A DNA stretch of 64,000 nucleotides from an uncultured bacterium (GCA_963824495.1 CAWGPQ010000006.1:107438-171437); one strand, 5' to 3'; counted from the first letter of the stretch, positions 1 through 11,085 are shown. Program-made: numbers and translations. Notes: generated from the sequence alone by a model not told the origin.

Positions 1-671
1 CCATCAAGGCCGAGCAAAAGAGGCATAGTTATAACCACTTGAGGTTCTTGGTCATACTGCTCTTGCAAGTATCTCCCCATGAGCAAGTTAAACGTTTGAT
101 CTGTTCCACCAAGCTCAACATCGGCTTGAAGGACAACCGAATCGTAGGCTTGTAAGATAGGATAGAGAAGTTCATGAAAGCCGATCGATTGATGTTGTGC
201 CAAACGTTGTGCAAAGTCTTCTCGTTCAATAATACGAGCGACGGTAACGTGACCACATAAGCGCACCCAATCTTTGCTCGTTAACTGATCAAGCCACTGT
301 GAATTATAGGCTACGGTTAAGCGCTGACGATCTAAGATACGGCCAACCTGATCCAGATAGGTAATGCTGTTTTGTTCGATCTGTTCAGGCGAAAGAGGAG
401 GACGTGTTTTTGAACGGCCAGTAGGATCGCCAATACGTGCTGTAAAGTCACCAATCAAAAAAATGACTTCATGTCCCAGTTCTTGAAACTCTTTCATCTT
501 AGAGAGTACGACCGTATGTCCTAGATGGAGGTCGGGAGCGGTAGGGTCAGCACCTAATTTTATTTTTAATTTTTTTCCTGTGCTAAGCTTTTTAATAAGC
601 TCTTCCTGTGGGATAATCGCATGAGTAGTGGTACGCAAGCGATCGAATGGTTCATGAGTTCTTGTATTCAC
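1..671 (-). CDS. tyrS: Tyrosyl-tRNA synthetase (5' part; runs off window start)
   Basis: Manual translation from GTG at 671 gives [13 protein letters not shown]...[17 protein letters not shown] (HIGH-type motif) and ...[17 protein letters not shown] at the window edge, just before the expected KMSKS. Confidence 0.95.
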   Translation of the reverse strand, partial: MNTRTHEPFDRLRTTTHAIIPQEELIKKLSTGKKLKIKLGADPTAPDLHLGHTVVLSKMKEFQELGHEVIFLIGDFTARIGDPTGRSKTRPPLSPEQIEQNSITYLDQVGRILDRQRLTVAYNSQWLDQLTSKDWVRLCGHVTVARIIEREDFAQRLAQHQSIGFHELLYPILQAYDSVVLQADVELGGTDQTFNLLMGRYLQEQYDQEPQVVITMPLLLGLD

Positions 672-693
672 GGTATCCTTAACTCGGGATAGT

Positions 694-1407
694 TTACCAG
701 GCCCCTAAAAGGCCTGCCATAAGCGTTGCACTTTTTGCTATAGTAACTAAGAGTATAGATTTGATGGTATTAGCAAAGAGCAAGACTATGATCATAGGTG
801 CAATAACCATAAGAAAATCAGCATGGCGTACATAGCTATAGCCACGATCAAGCCCTATAACGAGTGCGTAGCGGAAACTATTGAGGATCAGACTTAACGA
901 TGCAATAAAGACACTTATAAAAATAATTGCAAGAAGTACTGAAGCGCCTACGATGGCAAGTGACGACCGATCACTATAAAGACCGGTAATGCTTGATAAT
1001 GGTATGCTTTCCGATGAAAACATCCCTTGAAGGAGCAAGAGTGAGTATGGCCCATACATAAGAATAAGAGCTACTAATGATATAAGCGCAAGTACACTGC
1101 TCAGTAATGATTCTGATGCATACATCAGCATAAGTCGAGCAGAGCGCCAGGGAGCATATATGCGCTGAGGGTCAATAGGCAAGATCTTTCCCCACCCAAA
1201 GCCAAAGAGTATCACCAGACCCAGCCCCAAAGCGTCAATATGCGCAAGGGGATTAAGGCTGAGTAAACCGGCATCTTCAGCAGTTGAGTCACCCATTTTT
1301 TTAGCCAACCATGCCTGACCTGCTCCCGTAAGGGTTACCGACAAGAAGTAGGCACAAACAAGGCAAAGTTTTGTGACGATTGATTCAGTTGTTTGAATAT
1401 TGAGCAT
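694..1407 (-). CDS. Site-2 protease (peptidase M50)-like membrane protein, apparently catalytically degenerate
   Basis: Carries M50-type [20 protein letters not shown] and FGWGK motifs and several TM segments. The HExxH position reads TGAGQ. Confidence 0.75.
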   Translation of the reverse strand: MLNIQTTESIVTKLCLVCAYFLSVTLTGAGQAWLAKKMGDSTAEDAGLLSLNPLAHIDALGLGLVILFGFGWGKILPIDPQRIYAPWRSARLMLMYASESLLSSVLALISLVALILMYGPYSLLLLQGMFSSESIPLSSITGLYSDRSSLAIVGASVLLAIIFISVFIASLSLILNSFRYALVIGLDRGYSYVRHADFLMVIAPMIIVLLFANTIKSILLVTIAKSATLMAGLLGAW

Positions 1408-1666
1408 AAGACTCTATGATGTTGCAAGGGAATACAAGTGTTACACGATGTTACTTGCTATAATTCTACCCTCATAGTATATAAGAAATTGCTGAAATCG
1501 TCAATTTGCGTACTCGAGTAGTGTCTGGAAGCCGATCAACGTAAATAGCTATAGGCACAGATAGTGCTTGAAATATCATGAATCGGGTGAGAAAGCTAGT
1601 TTGTGATAAAGCGAACGAAAAATAAAGATATACGTAATAGCATCGCTTGTTGTTGGGCTATCATCG

Positions 1667-2581
1667 ATGTATAGTATACTGCTAGAATGTATGAATGGGG
1701 AATTGGAACCAGCAAGTCCTGTTGTTCTTGCCAATCAAAAATTGCTGAATGCAGCGATAGAGGGAGACCTCAAGGCAGTACAAGTTGCCCTTGAAGAAGG
1801 TGCTGACGTTAATGCTACCGATCGCAATGGTAATACTCCTCTTATATTAGCGCTTTGGCGTCGCTCTAATCCTATAGCCAGATTGCTTATAGAGCGTGGC
1901 ACTGATGTAAACCATACTAATAATCTTGGCTGGGATGCTCTTCAGTGGGCAGTTAAGCAAAACAATCCAGAGATAGTTAGAATGCTGTTGCTTCATAATA
2001 CTCGTATGACAGAAAATAGAAAGGGTGTTCTGAATTTTTTGCAAACATATAATGTTTCGCCGTTATCTCTAGCAATTATAGACGGGAATAGAAAAGATAT
2101 TACCCAAGTTCTTGCTAGCTTACCACAGGAAAATATAGATGCTCAAGATAATTTTGGCATGACAGCGTTACACTGGGCGGCAGCTCGTAACGATGAACAA
2201 ACAGTTAATGAATTGCTTAAGCGCAATGCCGACGTCAATATTCGTGATAATGATGGCAATACACCATTACATTATGCAGCACGTAATGGCTATTTACATA
2301 TCGTTCGAGCTCTGCTTGCCCATAATGCACAGGTTAATCTTTTTAACGATCACAACGAATCTGCATGGATTCTTGCCCTCAGAAATAATCACCCTGAAGT
2401 TGTTAATCTTCTCGAAAGATACGCAGGACCTGCTGTATTTGGCTTAGTAACACGAGCAGGACAAGTTGGAGAACTTGCAAATCTTCCAGGTGATATTACT
2501 CTTCCTGCCGAGATTGCTGCTTTAGTTGCCCAATATGCTATGGCTCCTGGTGCTCAAGTACCTTCAGGGCATTCCGCTTAA
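1667..2581 (+). CDS. Ankyrin-repeat protein with C-terminal LPAEI (F-box-like) motif
   Basis: Repeated GNTPLxxA/GMTALHWA ankyrin motifs; C-terminus LPAEIAALVAQYAMAPG. Confidence 0.9.
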   Translation: MYSILLECMNGELEPASPVVLANQKLLNAAIEGDLKAVQVALEEGADVNATDRNGNTPLILALWRRSNPIARLLIERGTDVNHTNNLGWDALQWAVKQNNPEIVRMLLLHNTRMTENRKGVLNFLQTYNVSPLSLAIIDGNRKDITQVLASLPQENIDAQDNFGMTALHWAAARNDEQTVNELLKRNADVNIRDNDGNTPLHYAARNGYLHIVRALLAHNAQVNLFNDHNESAWILALRNNHPEVVNLLERYAGPAVFGLVTRAGQVGELANLPGDITLPAEIAALVAQYAMAPGAQVPSGHSA

Positions 2582-2675
2582 TCAGAGCCTCAATCACCTT
2601 ATAATCCTTATGCATGCTTCACAAAGTTTGTGGGAAGGCTAGACTGGTCTGCCAAGAAGCTGTAACAAAAATCAC

Positions 2676-4928
2676 ATGAGCATGAGGGTAAGCATGAGGG
2701 TGAGCATGAGAGTAAGCGTAAGACATGCAGTACAACGTTGGTATCTAGTAGGATTGCCTTTAGTGTTGGCACTATTAGGCATGCTATGTTATTACCCTTC
2801 GCTTACCTATAGCTTTCAGTTTGATGATCTTTCTAATATCGTAAAGTTCTATGATATTCGTCACAAAACCTTTGGTTCTCTCTTTTTTAGTGGTCCGCGT
2901 TGGATATCTTATTGGCTTAATACAGTTTATTACCGTTACGCCCAGTTTGAGCCCTTTATATATAGGCTGGGCAATATCAGTGCTCATCTTCTTACGGGTA
3001 TATTACTTTTTTATGTGATACTTCTTGCTCTTAGTTTTTTAAAAAAAGAAAACTTTTTTAAGCTGCATAGTTTTTGGTTAGCATTGTGCACAGCTGGTTT
3101 TTTTATTATGCATCCAGTACAAACACAAACAGTATCATATGTTATTCAAGGGCAGCTTGAAGGGCTTGCCGGATTAGGTATTATGAGCATGGTGCTCTGC
3201 TTTTTGCTTCGAGCACGTATTACTCGTGCTCTATTCAGGGGACTAGTTACTCTTGTGCTTTTGGTACTTACAGTGATAACCTGTGGTACTAAAGAAATAG
3301 CTATTATTTCACCCGTGTTGCTCCTGCTCGTTGATTGGTTCTTTGTCGCTCAAGGAGAGTGGTCAGAATTGCAGAAGCGTTGGTTGCTCCATGGAGCGAT
3401 AGCTCTGATTGTAGGTGGTATATATTGTTATTTTCTTAAGCCACGTTTTTTTATCGATCTTCTTGGTTTTAAGCTCGAAATGCGTAATAATGTAGGCAAT
3501 ATGCTTACCCAAGGTGCAGCTGAGACCATTAAGCCTTTTGATTATCTTCTATCTGAGTTTAAAGTAATTCTGCATTATATAGCAATATTTATAGTGCCTG
3601 TATGGTTGAGTGTTGATTATGATTGGAAATTAACCGCAGGTTTTTTTGAGCTTGACTGCTTGGTGCCCTTTCTTATACTACTCGCTCTTGCATGGTGTAT
3701 CGTACGGCGTCTACGGCGTGATCGCGTTGATCTTATAAGCTTTGGTCTTTTGTGGTTTTTTGTTGTTATCCTGCCACGTGCAAGTATTATACCTTCTATG
3801 GAGTTGGTATCGGATTACAAAACCTATATAGCTTCAGTTGGTCTGCTTTTTGTTGGAGCCTATTATGTGCTCAAATTCTGCGTTTTGCTCGAAAATTTAA
3901 GTAGTGTATTCAAATCTCCTGCGCTCAAAACTGCACTTATTATGATTATGTTGTGCTGTACTGGTTACCTGACTGCCAAGCGCAATACTGTTTGGCGAAC
4001 AGCTGAAGAATTTTGGTCACATATTGTTAACATGAAACCACAAAAAGCACGGCCCTATAATAATTATGGCATGGTATTAACAGAAAAGGGTTTATATAGA
4101 GAAGCTATTATATATTTTAAAAAAGCATTAAGTTTTGACCCCTACTATCCTGACGCTTACAATAACTTAGCCGTTGCCTATCATGGTATTGGTGAACTTG
4201 ACTTAGGAATCGAATGCTTAAAAACGAGCATTAGCCTACAGCCCTATTGTCCCGAAGGGTATAATAATCTCGCATCGTATTTAATTGAACAAAAGAATTA
4301 CGACGCAGCTGAAGCAGCTTTGCACACAGCACTTAAGTTTCGCCGTCACTATGGTAAGGCACTGTATAATCTTGGACGTATTTATGTAGAGCGCGATCAG
4401 ATTCAGGAAGCATGTGCATATTTTAAAAAATGCTGTACAGAAGCAGATTTTGATAATGAGCTCGGGTTTGATGCTTACGGTAAAACGAGCCTCATACTAG
4501 GTAACTATAGTGATGCTATAGAAGCATATAGCAAGATTTTAGCACGTAACCCAGACTCATATGAAGCAAACGCAAGCCTTTCGTATGCCTGTTTAGGCAA
4601 TAAAGAGTATGATAACGTGCAGGTACTCTGCAAAAAGTTAGTTACCCGTAACCCTTATAACCCTCATGTTCTTTTTACGTGGGCAGAATCACTTATCCCT
4701 CAAGGTAGATATTATGAAGCACTGCAGCTTTATCAGAAAGTTACTCAGCTTGATTGCAATAAGCTTGTTGTCTACGTACGCATAGCGGGTTGTTTAGATA
4801 AGCTTGGTCGTCATGATGAAGCTCTTGATTATTTAGATAGCGTGCTCGACGCTAATCCCCCCGAAGAGCTTAGGCAATCAGCTCAAGCAGCCCGAGCCAG
4901 ACTTGTGCATGATACTTTCACGTTATAG
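2676..4928 (+). CDS. TMTC-like multi-pass membrane protein with C-terminal TPRs (putative GT-C glycosyltransferase)
   Basis: FQFDD acidic motif after the first TM, HPVQTQTVSY and LSVDYDW motifs, about 10 TM segments, then TPRs (PYNNYG, AYNNLA, ALYNLG). Confidence 0.8.
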   Translation: MSMRVSMRVSMRVSVRHAVQRWYLVGLPLVLALLGMLCYYPSLTYSFQFDDLSNIVKFYDIRHKTFGSLFFSGPRWISYWLNTVYYRYAQFEPFIYRLGNISAHLLTGILLFYVILLALSFLKKENFFKLHSFWLALCTAGFFIMHPVQTQTVSYVIQGQLEGLAGLGIMSMVLCFLLRARITRALFRGLVTLVLLVLTVITCGTKEIAIISPVLLLLVDWFFVAQGEWSELQKRWLLHGAIALIVGGIYCYFLKPRFFIDLLGFKLEMRNNVGNMLTQGAAETIKPFDYLLSEFKVILHYIAIFIVPVWLSVDYDWKLTAGFFELDCLVPFLILLALAWCIVRRLRRDRVDLISFGLLWFFVVILPRASIIPSMELVSDYKTYIASVGLLFVGAYYVLKFCVLLENLSSVFKSPALKTALIMIMLCCTGYLTAKRNTVWRTAEEFWSHIVNMKPQKARPYNNYGMVLTEKGLYREAIIYFKKALSFDPYYPDAYNNLAVAYHGIGELDLGIECLKTSISLQPYCPEGYNNLASYLIEQKNYDAAEAALHTALKFRRHYGKALYNLGRIYVERDQIQEACAYFKKCCTEADFDNELGFDAYGKTSLILGNYSDAIEAYSKILARNPDSYEANASLSYACLGNKEYDNVQVLCKKLVTRNPYNPHVLFTWAESLIPQGRYYEALQLYQKVTQLDCNKLVVYVRIAGCLDKLGRHDEALDYLDSVLDANPPEELRQSAQAARARLVHDTFTL
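2679..2722 (+). repeat. 12-bp tandem repeat (AGCATGAGRGTR) encoding SMRV x3
   Basis: agcatgagggta agcatgagggtg agcatgagagta agcgtaag is visible at the gene start. Confidence 0.85.
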
Positions 4929-4993
4929 TGCATTTATGTGCTATACTTTCGTGTATATACTCACTATCAAAGCACCTATAAGGCACATGTATT

Positions 4994-5740
4994 ATGAACG
5001 CAGCAGCATCCGACAAAAAGCCTCAAGAACTTGTTTTTGGTATTCATCCGCTTGTAGAATTACTAAGAGCACGCAGGCGCCCCCTGTATATGATCTATAC
5101 TACACGCCCAACGCCTAAATCGTGGGAAGAAATAGAGCGTTTACTGCCTACGCAAGGCAGGATTATACCCATTCAATATGTTACGCGTGAAGTGTTGAAT
5201 CGATTAGCTGGTACAACTGACCATCAAGGTGTTGTTGCATGGGCTGGACCGTTTCCTTTTCGCAAGAAATTCTTCGATCCGATACGTAGCCCTTTCTTGG
5301 TAATGCTTGATAGTATACAAGACACACGCAATCTCGGTGCAATTTTGCGCTCTGCTTACTGTACCGGTTTCGATGGTGTTGTTATAGCTCAAAAAAAAAG
5401 CGCGCCATTACGTGCTTCAGCATTAAAAGCTTCTGCAGGGCTTGCAGAACATCTTGAAATATACGAAGCACCATCAGCACGTGCGGCAGCACAGGAGTTA
5501 AAGAAAGCCGGTTATACGTTGTATATGGCTGCTTTAGGTGGTAAAGATGCAACAACCGTAACGTATCAAGGCCCCTTGTGTGGTGTTATCGGTAATGAAG
5601 CAGTAGGTATATCACCTGAGATACTAAAAATGGGCCAAATGGTTACGCTTCCTCAGCGTTCCCCCGATATCTCATATAACGCTTCTGTAGCAGCAGGGAT
5701 CTTGCTTTTTTTAATTTCTACCCAAAATAAGAGAATATAG
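4994..5740 (+). CDS. rlmB: TrmH/SpoU-family RNA 2'-O-methyltransferase (RlmB-like)
   Basis: FGIHPLVE, HQGVVA, LDSIQDTRNLGAILRSA, IGNEAVG and SYNASVAAGI motifs. Confidence 0.85.
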   Translation: MNAAASDKKPQELVFGIHPLVELLRARRRPLYMIYTTRPTPKSWEEIERLLPTQGRIIPIQYVTREVLNRLAGTTDHQGVVAWAGPFPFRKKFFDPIRSPFLVMLDSIQDTRNLGAILRSAYCTGFDGVVIAQKKSAPLRASALKASAGLAEHLEIYEAPSARAAAQELKKAGYTLYMAALGGKDATTVTYQGPLCGVIGNEAVGISPEILKMGQMVTLPQRSPDISYNASVAAGILLFLISTQNKRI

Positions 5741-5752
5741 AGAGCTCGTTTT

Positions 5753-6832
5753 ATGAAAAAATTGCCTTTAGATGTAAGTGATTTCGAAACGATGATTAAG
5801 GGCGGCTACGTTTACGTTGATAAAACATGCTTTATGTACAGTATGACAACTCAAGCTTGATTTTATTTTTTATCACGTCCTCGTCGTTTCGGTAAATCGT
5901 TGCTTATTTCAACATTTAAAGAACTATTTCTTGGTAACAAGCAGCTCTTTGAAGGGCTTTTGATTGCCCAAAGTGATTACGATTGGGCAAAATATCCTGT
6001 TATAAGCTTAGATTTGTCTGCTCTTGTTACGAGCAGCGCTCAAGAGCTTAAAGTAAGCCTGAGCAATCGTATTGATAAAATAGCACGAGGTTATTCAATC
6101 GAAGTTGGAAGTGGTACAACTATTGAAGATAAGCTCTCGGATTTACTAGACGGCTTGCATCAGCACTATGGAAAAGTTGTTGTGCTCATAGATGAGTACG
6201 ATTACCCTTTGTTAAGACATATCGATAATCCTATAATAGCACACGCTGTTTTAGAGGTGCTTAAATCTTTCTTTATCGTCGTCAAGAGTCTGAGTGGTAA
6301 GTTTAAGTTTATCTTTGTGACAGGTGTTACAAAGTTTTCAAAAACTTCGCTTTTCTCTGGTCTTAATAATTTGATTGATATTACCATGGACCCACAGTAT
6401 AGTACGTTATTGGGATACACCCAAGCAGAACTTGAGTACTATTTTGCTGAAAATATAGATACAATTGCTTATCAACAAGATCAGCCTCAATCCGCCCTGC
6501 AAAAAACTATCAGATCATGGTACAACGGTTATCAATTTAGCGAAAAAGCCCTCAAAGTATATAATCCTTTTTCTGTGCTATTTTTTTTTAATAGTGGTCA
6601 TTTTGACAACTATTGGTTCAATACTGGTACTCCATCATTTCTCATAGAGCTTATAAAAAGATATAAGTATCCCATACAAGATTTACAGGGTGCTCAATTA
6701 AACGAGCTAGAAATGAATACTTTTGAAATCGACGAATTACCTATTGTCCCTATTTGCTTTCAGACAGGATATCTTACCATTGAGGCCTATAATCCCGATA
6801 CAAATAATTATGTATTAGATTACCCAAATTGA
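5753..6832 (+). pseudogene. AAA-ATPase-like (PD-(D/E)XK nuclease-associated family) pseudogene
   Basis: MKKLPLDVSDF...YVDKT...TQA*FYFLSRPRRFGKSL has an in-frame TGA at 5858-5860. Walker B LIDEYD, YNGY and YNPFS motifs follow. A second TGA in DYPN*EV (6830-6832) truncates it, and the C-terminal nuclease half is absent. Confidence 0.85.
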
Positions 6833-6852
6833 GAAGTTGAAGTCTTATGTAA

Positions 6853-7098
6853 AAGCTTTGTAAGATATCTTATGCAGGCGAAAGGAGCCTAAATGGCAAC
6901 ACGCTTTTACACCGTGCATCAGCATACAACATGGTACCAGTCGTTGAAAAGTTACTTGAACTTGGCGCAAACGTAACTGTAACCAATGACAAAAATCAAA
7001 CAGCACGAGATATTGCACTGCTCATGCAGGATCAAGGTCTTACCAGAACTGCTATTATCGATATGCTTACTCAAGCTCTTGAGCAACAAAAAAATTAA
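6853..7098 (+). pseudogene. Orphan 3' fragment of an ankyrin gene
   Basis: Manual translation gives NGNTLLHRASAYNMVPVVEKLLELGANVTVTNDKNQTARDIA...EQQKN*. There is no start codon ahead of the repeat. Confidence 0.75.
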
Positions 7099-7122
7099 TA
7101 TATTCTTTTTGGGATTTAGATT

Positions 7123-7512
7123 ATGGCAATTGAGAAAAAAATAGAAGATATAGAAACACAAGCAGAGAAAGAAGGCTGGCCCTACCCAAAACTTTTTGAA
7201 GCTCTCAAAGATGCTGGTGTTATCTCATATGATGTATTTGTTGCATCTCATACACGAAGTTACCATAGCAAGAGTACAGATTGGCAGGTAATAGAGCCAC
7301 TGGAAGTGAGCCTAATAGTTGCTCAAAGTTTTAACGAAGAAAGCATAAAAAAAGCTCTGGCGCGCCGACGAGATAGGCAAGCTAATTACGGTGAGTTCCT
7401 CAAGGAACTTGGTCAAGCTGGGGTCAAAGAATACTCAATCGATATGCATAACAGAACTGCTACATACAAAGGTGATGCTGGCCAAGAATATGTTGAAAGA
7501 ATTCCTCGATAA
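7123..7512 (+). CDS. DUF1398-family protein
   Basis: 129 aa with YPKLFEALKDAGV...YDV and YGEFLKELGQAGVKEYSIDMHNRTATY...G..YVERIP, a pattern typical of DUF1398. Confidence 0.75.
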   Translation: MAIEKKIEDIETQAEKEGWPYPKLFEALKDAGVISYDVFVASHTRSYHSKSTDWQVIEPLEVSLIVAQSFNEESIKKALARRRDRQANYGEFLKELGQAGVKEYSIDMHNRTATYKGDAGQEYVERIPR

Positions 7513-7544
7513 AATTATAGAGCTTTTTCGAGCACGCGTTAGGC

Positions 7545-9242
7545 TTACCCCTTAGTAAGATGGTTAACAAGATTCTCCCTTTTTGATGCAAGATCAGCTG
7601 CAATCGTGTCAACCTGGCCCAAAAGTGCTCCAAGTAGTTGATAGCTCTGAGGGTAGTGCGTTTGTAACTCAGTTACTTCCGGGATAACCTCCTGGTGTTT
7701 TTTCATTACATTGGCAAGTTTAATCAAGGTATCTGGACTAGGGGTCATCTCAAGGATCGGATACATTGTAAGACCAAGGTCTATTAGCGTGAGTCCAAGA
7801 TTAACTGTCTTTTCTAGATTGGTAAGTGTTTGTATATTGGTTTGGGCTCCGTTTAAGGATGTTGTAACTGCTATGTTAATTTCGGGAGAGAAAGAACTAG
7901 CTAAAGGACCTATTTGTTTTTGAAGATTTTCTATGGTTTCCCGATAGTGCTTGTGCATGGCTTGAATTTCTTTAAGAACTTTAGTAAGTTGCTCAGTAAT
8001 TGCTCGTAAGGATATTTGTTGTCCTAGTTGCGACAAGATCTGTTGTAGTCGCTTCGGGACTTCATCAATAAATTGCTCGATTTCATTATTAAGCTTTACT
8101 AGCTCCATCAACGCTGTATAACCTGGTTGGGTTACGGGAATAGCTGCTTCCCGAGTAATGATATTAGGAATGTTGGGTCGCGATTGCATTAGGTTAAGTT
8201 GTCCTGAAGGTCCTATAAGTGGCTCTATTGCTTGTTCCTCAAAAAACGGTAATTCCTATAACCAAGAAGCTGCTGGATGCTGTTGTGGTTGAACGGGTGC
8301 TGCAGCAGCTGCTGGCGCCCCTGGGGCAGCAGCAGGGGCTTGGCGGAAGAATTCAGCAAATGCACGCTTAAGGGCTTCAACTCCTACAATGCTTAAAATA
8401 GAAGCCAATGGTCGCTTAGTGCTTTGGATTCCAGTCGATATAAAGTCTACAATGGTATCCCACTGGCTTGGGCTTGTGTCATGTATAAGCTTTGCTATCT
8501 TTTTGGCCGATGGCTGGAGGTCTTCAAGGTAGTACTTGCCCTGATTTGCCAACTTTTCATCATAAGGAATATCGTTTTGCCTATAGAAAGCATGAACGGT
8601 TGCTAAATATTTACGAGCAGATTTACTTTGCTTAGGTTTATTATATGCCCCATGCTTGGCATCTGCAAGCTCAAGTAAATAAACTTTTTTATGCCCAGAC
8701 CCAACAAGCGCAGCGTAAAGTAACCGAGAATTATTAATAGGAACTATGCTATCATTTCTTGAGTGGACAATAAGTATAGGGGTATTGAGAGTGGCTTTAC
8801 CTAACACTTCAGGCGTTATATCCATGGGCGATTCGGCTATAATAGCTTTTAAACGATAGAGTGGGGTTGGCCGTGTTGAGGCATCGCGCAAGGCTCGCCC
8901 TGCACCATGAGATAGACCTATAATAACAACGCCGTCATTAGAATTTTTTGCTGAATTAAGAGTATTTCTGACCTCAGTATAGGCATTCTCAAGAGCAAGC
9001 ATGTCAAGTACAGGTGTATGATTGTCAGAGAAACGGACAGCTTTATAGGGTTGGGTTGTAATAATTGACCAGCCAGGATCAGTCTTGCCTGCATAAGAAT
9101 CAGCTGTGCTTGGGTTACCCGGTATGTCCGGCACAAAGAGAAAATGTGCCTCTGGCTGGCCATAGAGATACAGAGTGGAGGTTGCTAGGCAGGCGAAAAG
9201 CATAGCTATGTGTGCCATAGATAGATTCGTCTCTGGCTTCAT
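7545..9242 (-). pseudogene. Secreted alpha/beta-hydrolase plus helical tail, interrupted by one in-frame TAG (8256-8258)
   Basis: ORFs 8256..9242 and 7545..8189 are in the same frame: ASWL*ELPFFEEQAIEPLIGPSGQLNLMQS. The N-terminal part has GLSHG, HSRND and AKHG triad-like motifs and could still function alone. Confidence 0.7.
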
Positions 9243-9402
9243 AAGTATTTCTCTCTTTCATATTTAAATTGATTGCTATACATATTATTAAAATAATAGC
9301 ATAAATTATTTTCGAAAACAATAATTAATTGTTTTAATTGAAGGTTTTAATCTTAGCAAAAGCACGCTGCTCTAACTAAAAACATACTATCTTTTAAGCC
9401 CA

Positions 9403-11085
9403 TCAAGGGTTAGTAGGTGCTCTACTCGGTAAAGCTAAGGCTTTCGCAGGGGTCTGTGACGGCCTGAATGGATGGGTGTAATTATAGAGGGGAGTGCATG
9501 CACCTTGGATCTCCCAGTCCCTAAAGAGCTTATTGATATCCAGTCCTTTATCAACTAAAAATCCTGTAAGATATAATGCTTCTTCTAGGTCCGATGACTG
9601 GTCATCTTCTGGACTAGCAGTGATGGTTCCCTCTGCTCTAAAATTGATTTCTTGCAGTATGGGAAAAAGATCGTGTTGTTCATGCAGTTGCTCTGCTGCA
9701 AACAGATCAGCTCGTTGTTCTTGGCTTCGATTAAGCAATTTAATAGTATAGATATTTTTATCTGTTGGAGGATCCCAAAAGGGAGTTTCTTGTTGTGGTG
9801 TACCGTATAGCCATTTCATAAGTACTGAGTGGCGTAGTGCGTGCCATAAGGAGCCTTCTGCTGAAGCTACAGCTTGAAGTATCGTTCTTCCTGTACGGGT
9901 TGTTTGATCAAGTGCTTTCTTACCAAGTTCAACAAAATGATTAACATCTTTAATGGTTTTTTGTACATTTGGCGTATCCAACAACTGTTGAGCTCGTTCA
10001 CCATATGAGCCTACCCAATCGCTTGCTGCTTGATCACGATTAATAACATGACTCATCTCATGGTAAACGGTAAAGAGGAGATCGCCTAAATCAGGTGATT
10101 CTCTAAGGGCTACAAAGGGTGTATTATGTCTAAGAACTTCACCCGCATGGCCCAAGACTTCCGATCGCCTAGTTAACACAGGAAATAGCGGACCTTTAAT
10201 ATTAGAGATCTGTTGAGCCTCTTTAATAAGCTGCTCGTAAGCAAATGTTGGCCGATAATGGTTGACGTGTGAGAGCTCAAGAACTTCTGCATAAAGTACT
10301 TCTTGTTCAAGCTTTTTTAAACGATTAGTGTCAATATTTTTGATTGTCGTAGCATGCGGCAAGCCTAACAGTTCCATCAAGAAGTTGTAGGTGAATAATG
10401 CCTCTTTTGTATTGGTTGCATCGGGGTTTTCTTTCATAAGGCTCATAAGCTCAATGAGATCTTTAAGCAGATCATCACGTTTATCTGCTTTTGTACTAAT
10501 ATTGCGTGTACGCCAATATTTCTCATGAGCGTCTTTCCAAAGATTATATGCTATAGCAGTGTTAACCCATTTTTGATCTATCTGATTAAATAGTGCTGCG
10601 GGCTGAGCATGTAAAAGTTCCCGTAAAAAGTTATAGGTATAGAGGGCCTCTTGCTGAGCGAAAGCATGCAATGGTGTTGCGGTGCTGCTTATATCAAGCC
10701 AAATATAAAGGGTGTCTATAAGATCTTGAGCTTTTTGTGCAGTAGTAGTAATATTTTTTTTTATCCATGCATCGCGCTGGCTATTCTTGTAGAGCGAGTA
10801 TCCAGTTTCCGTAAGCCAGGCTTGATCAACATCAGCTAGCGATGAAACTTGTGGCATGTTAAAAATTTTGCGCAGATCATTATAGCTTTGTAAAGCTGTA
10901 GCTTTACATTCAGCATCTCCAAGCCCTTCCTGAATAACGCTGAGGTTTGAAGCAGCACTTCTGAAGAGAGCATTTTCGCTCAGCGTTACCTTTTTTTCAA
11001 GGGCTTGCGCGATAGGTACTATAGAACATCCAGCTATAATTACGAGTATACTTTGATACCATTGTAGAAATTTTTGCTGCGTCAT
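9403..11085 (-). CDS. Secreted zinc-metalloprotease-like protein with N-terminal helical repeats
   Basis: Signal peptide, HEMSH (HExxH) and a downstream EQRADLFA (M48-like third ligand motif). N-terminal repeats are shared with 46560..48428. Confidence 0.65.
   Translation of the reverse strand: MTQQKFLQWYQSILVIIAGCSIVPIAQALEKKVTLSENALFRSAASNLSVIQEGLGDAECKATALQSYNDLRKIFNMPQVSSLADVDQAWLTETGYSLYKNSQRDAWIKKNITTTAQKAQDLIDTLYIWLDISSTATPLHAFAQQEALYTYNFLRELLHAQPAALFNQIDQKWVNTAIAYNLWKDAHEKYWRTRNISTKADKRDDLLKDLIELMSLMKENPDATNTKEALFTYNFLMELLGLPHATTIKNIDTNRLKKLEQEVLYAEVLELSHVNHYRPTFAYEQLIKEAQQISNIKGPLFPVLTRRSEVLGHAGEVLRHNTPFVALRESPDLGDLLFTVYHEMSHVINRDQAASDWVGSYGERAQQLLDTPNVQKTIKDVNHFVELGKKALDQTTRTGRTILQAVASAEGSLWHALRHSVLMKWLYGTPQQETPFWDPPTDKNIYTIKLLNRSQEQRADLFAAEQLHEQHDLFPILQEINFRAEGTITASPEDDQSSDLEEALYLTGFLVDKGLDINKLFRDWEIQGACTPLYNYTHPFRPSQTPAKALALPSRAPTNP

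Noticed and set aside
1610..1666. Extended signal peptide (KIKIYVIASLVVGLSS) upstream of the ankyrin ATG
   Set aside because: It is in frame but has no canonical start after the upstream stops. A lost start, an ATA start and chance cannot be told apart.
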